The position numbers were made by a program, and so were the translations under genes. From Candidatus Woesearchaeota archaeon (GTDB lineage Archaea; Nanobdellota; Nanobdellia; Pacearchaeales; GW2011-AR1): 64,000 bases of DNA. The notes under the pieces are model-generated. The model saw nothing but the letters and a program-made list of their open reading frames with translations, was not told where the DNA came from and did not search any database. Positions 63,566 to 64,000 of this stretch are shown in pieces (position 1 is the stretch's first letter; each line of letters starts with the position of its first letter). The stretch is from contig CAZOEF010000004.1 of the NCBI GenBank assembly GCA_964578845.1, positions 1,562-65,561 on the forward strand. Reading direction: 5' to 3'.

Positions 63566-64000
63566 CAGATATCCACCTCCGCTTCATGCGCTTTCTCTAC
63601 AATGAACTGTTTCCTGTGTTCAACTTCTGAGCCCATCAGTTTAGAGAATATCTCATCTGCTTTTACAGCATCCTGTATAGTCACCTTGTTTAATAATCTG
63701 GCCTTAGGGTCCATAGTAGTCTCCCATAACTGATCAGGATTCATCTCTCCTAGACCTTTAAATCTCTGGACTGTAACATTGCTCCCTGATTTTTCCAGGA
63801 ACTTCTTCAGCTCATCGTCTGAATAGATATAATGGTCTGTTTTCTTCCTGATCTTATACAAAGGAGATACAGCGATATAGATATTTCCGTTGTCGATAAG
63901 TTCTTTCATGAACCTGAAGAAGAAGGTCAATAACAATGTCTTAATGTGTGCTCCATCCACATCTGCATCAGTCATAATAATGACTTTACTGTATCTTAAT
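63565..64000 (-). CDS. gyrB: DNA gyrase subunit B, C-terminal part (gene continues beyond the right edge)
   Basis: Toprim/tail motifs MTDADVDGAHIKTLLLTFFFR, PLYK and QRFKGLGEMNP..LWETTM. Confidence 0.9.
   Translation of the reverse strand, partial: LRYSKVIIMTDADVDGAHIKTLLLTFFFRFMKELIDNGNIYIAVSPLYKIRKKTDHYIYSDDELKKFLEKSGSNVTVQRFKGLGEMNPDQLWETTMDPKARLLNKVTIQDAVKADEIFSKLMGSEVEHRKQFIVEKAHEAEVDI

Noticed and set aside
1-64000. CRISPR arrays, rRNA genes, transposases, integrases or reverse transcriptases
   Set aside because: I found no regularly spaced direct repeats in any intergenic region. No long GC-rich structured RNA stretch is present, and no ORF has DDE, tyrosine-recombinase or RT motifs.

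Overview
AT-rich chromosomal segment of a small-genome archaeon, DPANN-like by gene content. Archaeal markers are aIF2-gamma, aIF5B, ribosomal proteins S6e and S10, Sua5, and TATA boxes phased for leaderless mRNAs. Several genes look bacterial: gyrB/gyrA, a long-form ThyA, DHFR, VKOR and a HAS/NodC-like synthase. I call about 80 protein genes, 2 tRNAs (Asp-GTC, Ser-GGA), 2 decayed genes and no CRISPR array, rRNA or transposase. Main blocks, left to right:
- 1-8.2 kb: co-directional accessory block with SNF2 helicase, Mrr nuclease, HAS/NodC-like synthase plus deacetylase, tRNA-Asp, and a 1052-aa ORFan.
- 8.3-8.7 kb: a secreted protein that is about 30% tyrosine.
- 11.2-12.8 kb: VKOR / thioredoxin / CcdA thiol-disulfide operon.
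- 20-24.4 kb: thymidylate-cycle cluster (thyA, dut, a DHFR-thymidylate kinase fusion, glyA, purN-like).
- 25.8-26.5 kb: VapBC pair.
- 32.4-37 kb: copper island with two cupredoxins, a membrane-tethered HTH, a Met/Gly-rich membrane protein, CopZ and CopA.
- Core genes throughout: serS, cysS, sua5, dus, infB, pcm, eif2g.
- 57-59.8 kb: UvrD-type helicase fused to a Cas4-like nuclease.
- Right edge: gyrB, a 47-aa zinc-ribbon ORF, then gyrA.

I found no single unambiguous novel system. The observations most worth a second look:
- The untracked zinc-ribbon ORF translationally coupled between gyrB and gyrA (possible YacG-like gyrase factor).
- The DHFR-Tmk fusion inside the dTMP cluster.
- A GC-enriched cloverleaf-like RNA candidate at 51973-52051, abutting a gene with a single in-frame TGA.
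- A TTTAWAWA box starting almost exactly 29 nt upstream of many start codons. I used this to correct starts and to support small ORFs.
- A scatter of individually promoted small acidic ORFans, and the 1052-aa ORFan next to tRNA-Asp.

All functional calls rest on motif recognition by eye. No database search was possible.
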